From: Cyanophora paradoxa CCMP329
Taxonomy: Eukaryota; Plantae; Glaucophyta
Length of the DNA: 64,000 nucleotides
Reading direction: 5' to 3'
NCBI GenBank assembly: GCA_004431415.1
Contig: QPMI01000205.1
Coordinates: 62,001 to 126,000 of the forward strand
The notes under the pieces were generated by a model. It saw only the letters and a program-made list of their open reading frames with translations. It was not told the DNA's origin and made no database searches. Within the stretch, counting starts at the first letter, position 1. Every line of letters begins with the position of its first letter. The translations under genes were made by a program, and so were the position numbers. Below, piece by piece: positions 61,114-64,000 of this stretch.

Positions 61114-64000
61114 CCGGCCAGGCCCCATGAGCGCCGGCGAGCGGTCGGGGCGGGCTGGGCGGGCGGGGCGGGGCGGGCCTGGACGACGACGTTGATGGTG
61201 TCGGCCTGGAGGTACTGCTCGTCGACCTCGGGCCAGGGCGCGTACGCGAGGGAGCCCTTGTTGCCGAGCGCGTGCCAGAGCTCCTCCGCGATGTGCGGCG
61301 CGTACGGGGCGAGCAGGAGGACGAAGGGCTGCATGACGGCGCGCGGCCGCGTCTCCCACTTGGTCGCCGCGTTGACGAACTCCATCATGGCGGAGATGCC
61401 CGTGTTGAAGCGCATCGAGTCGATCTCCTCGGTGACCTTCTTGATGGTCTGGTGGAGGAGGCGCAGCTGCTCGCGGGTCGGCTCGGCCTCGGCGACACGC
61501 GGGGAGAGGGCGCCGCCCTCCATGTACAGCCGCCACGTGCGGTTCAGGAAGCGGAAGACGCCCTCCACGCCCTGCCGCCCCCCGCTCAGCCGCGCGCACC
61601 GCGGGGCCGGGGCGGGGCGGGGGCGGGGGCGGGGCGGGGGCGGGGGCGGGCCTTCATGGACCAGGTCTTGACCTGCTCGAGGGGCCCCATGAACATCTCG
61701 TACAGCCGGAGCGAGTCGGCGCCGTACTCCGCGACGACGTGGTCCGGGTTCACCACGTTGCCCCGGCTCTTCGACATCTTGTGCGCCCGCGCCGCCACCC
61801 GCACCCCCTTCTCCCCCTTCAGCACGAACCCCTCGCCCACCTGCGCGCCGTCTCGTGAGAGGGGGCGGGGCGCGGGGCGGCGGGGGGGAGGGGAGGCGGG
61901 CCTTCTCGACGTCGGCGGGGGCGATGCGCTCCGGGGTGCAGTCGTCGCGCTCCTCGGCCTCGTCGGCGGAGACGGGGCGGCCCTGCGCGTCCCGGTAGAG
62001 CGTGTACTCGACCTCCCCGAGGATCATCCCCTGGTTGACGAGCCGCTGGAAGGGCTCCTTCGAGGTCACCACCCCGCAGTCGTAGAGGACCTTGTGCCAG
62101 AAGCGCGCGTAGAGCAGGTGCAGCACCGCGTGCTCCACCCCGCCCACGTACCTGGCCCCCCGCCCCGCGTCACCGGCCGGCGCCGGGCGGGGCGGGGCGG
62201 GGCGGGGCGGGGCGGGGCGGACAGGTCGACGGGCATCCAGTACTTCTCGAGGTCGGGTGCGACGGCGGCGGCCTCGTTGGTGGGGTCCAGGAAGCGCAGG
62301 TAGTACCAGCAGGAGCCGGCCCACTGGGGCATCGTGTTCGTCTCCCGCGCCGCCGGCCGCCCGTCGAGCTCGGTGTTGACCCACTCGGGGACGGTGGCGA
62401 GGGGGGACTCGCCGGTGCCGCTGGGCTTGTAGGACTCGACCTCGGGGAGGGTCACGGGGAGGGCCTCGTCGGGCAGCGGCACGGGCTTCCCGTCCACGAA
62501 GACGATCGGGAAGGGCTCCCCCCAGTAGCGCTGCCGCGAGAAGAGCCAGTCCCGCAGCTTGTAGTTCACCCGCCGCCCCCCCAGGCCCCGCTCCGCGAGC
62601 CACGCGCAGACCGCCTCCTTGGCCTTGGGGACGGGCAGGCCGTCGATGGAGAGGGTCTTCGCGTTGGCCGAGTTGATGGCGAGCGCCCCCTCGTCGCTCG
62701 TCACGAACGCCTCCTTCTCCACCTCCACTGCCGGCCCCGTCACCAGGGAGGCGGCGGGGGGCGGGCGGGGGCGGGGCGGGGGCACCCTTGGCGCCGGAGG
62801 CCGGGGCGACGACCTGGCGGATGGGGAGCTTGTACTTCCTGGCGAACTCGTGGTCGCGCTTGTCATGGGCGGGGACCGCCATGATGGCCCCCGTGCCGTA
62901 AGTGGCAAGCACGTAGTCCGCCACGTACACGGGGATCGCCTCCTCCGTCACGGGGTTCACCGCGTACGCCCCCGTGAAGACCCCCGACTTGTCCTTCTGC
63001 AGCTCCGTCCGCTCCAGGTCCGACTTGGTGGCCGCCTGCTTGACGTACTCCTCCACCGCCGCCTTCTGCTCCTTGCTCACGATCTCCGCCACCAGCGGGT
63101 GCTCCGGCGCCATCACCTGGGGGCGCGACGCGTCAGACGGCGTCGGGTTCGGCCGGGACGCTTCGAGCGCTTTGGACCGAGAGGAGCGCTAGACCCGGAA
63201 GGGACCGCACCATGTAGGTGGCACCGAAGAGGGTGTCGGGGCGGGTGGTGAAGACGCGGAGCTTCTTGGCGCCCTTGGTGCCCTGGATCTCGAAGTCGAG
63301 CTCGGCGCCCTCGGACTTGCCGATCCAGTTGCGCTGCATCTCCTTGACGTTGTCGGGCCAGTCGACCTCGTCCAGGTCCTCCAGCAGCCGCTCCGCGTAC
63401 TCCGTGATCTTCAGGATCCACTGCCGCATCGGCTTCCGGATCACCGGGTGGCCCCCCCGCTCGCTCTTCCCGTCGATCACCTGCCCGCGCCCGCCGTCAG
63501 CGCGGGGCGGGAGGGGGGCGGGGCGGGGCGGGGGGGCGGGGCGTGCGGGCCTCCTCGTTGGCGAGGACGGTGCCGAGGGCGGGGCACCAGTTGACGGGGA
63601 CCTCGGCCTGGTAGGCGAGGCCGCGCTCGTAGAGGCGCAGGAAGATCCACTGCGTCCACTTGTAGTACGCCGCGTCCGTCGTGGAGACCTCCCGCTCCCA
63701 GTCGTACGAGAAGCCCAGCGCCTGCAGCTGCTGCCGGAACCGCCCCACGTTCTTCGCCGTCGTCACCCGCGGGTGCGTCCCCGTCTCCAGCGCGTACTGC
63801 GCCCGCCCGCGTCGGCGGGGCCGGGCGCGCGGGGCGGGGCCGGCGCGGGGGCCGGCGCGGGGGGCGGGGACCTGCTCGGCGGGGAGGCCGAAGGCGTCCC
63901 AGCCCATCGGGTGCATCACGTTGTAGCCCCGCATCCGCTTGTACCGCGCCACGATGTCCGTCGCCGTGTACCCCTCCGGGTGCCCCACGTGCAGGCCGGC
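60936..64000 (-). CDS. leuS: Leucyl-tRNA synthetase, bacterial/organellar type, 3' part (5' end beyond the window)
   Basis: [14 protein letters not shown] (HIGH), [64 protein letters not shown]. Confidence 0.97.

Overview
Gene-dense, very GC-rich eukaryotic nuclear DNA with about 25 protein genes split by many short (mostly 50-90 nt) spliceosomal introns. The supplied six-frame ORFs are therefore mostly exon fragments or GC-rich noise. Genes I recognise after splicing by eye: FAM184-like (5' part), a SHIPPO/STPG-type protein, EAF6, BRR2/SNRNP200, two alpha/beta hydrolases, cytosolic AspRS, POC1, a fused NAD(P) transhydrogenase, a PpiC parvulin, NFXL1, TRAP-beta, a Kelch protein, a CPBP protease, Nnf1/PMF1, an ankyrin protein, an EF-hand protein, a Par3-N/LIM protein, prenylcysteine oxidase, an atypical kinase, RGP1 and a bacterial-type LeuRS (3' part). 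There are also two identical tRNA-Ser(CGA) genes inside a 738-bp inverted duplication. Basal-body genes together with two plastid-like presequences carrying Phe at position 4 suggest a flagellated alga, probably a glaucophyte (inference, not verified). The most striking features are genome-architectural. (1) GC-AG introns are very frequent and donors are degenerate (G[T/C]SCGC). (2) Synonymous codons are polarised: G-ending at exon starts, C-ending at exon ends, oscillating inside long exons. (3) Spacers between convergent genes are dense in palindromes. The best protein-level leads are a transhydrogenase with acidic dileucine sorting motifs instead of a mitochondrial presequence, and a Par3-N-like domain fused to three LIM domains. 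All gene models and family calls were made by eye, without database searches.
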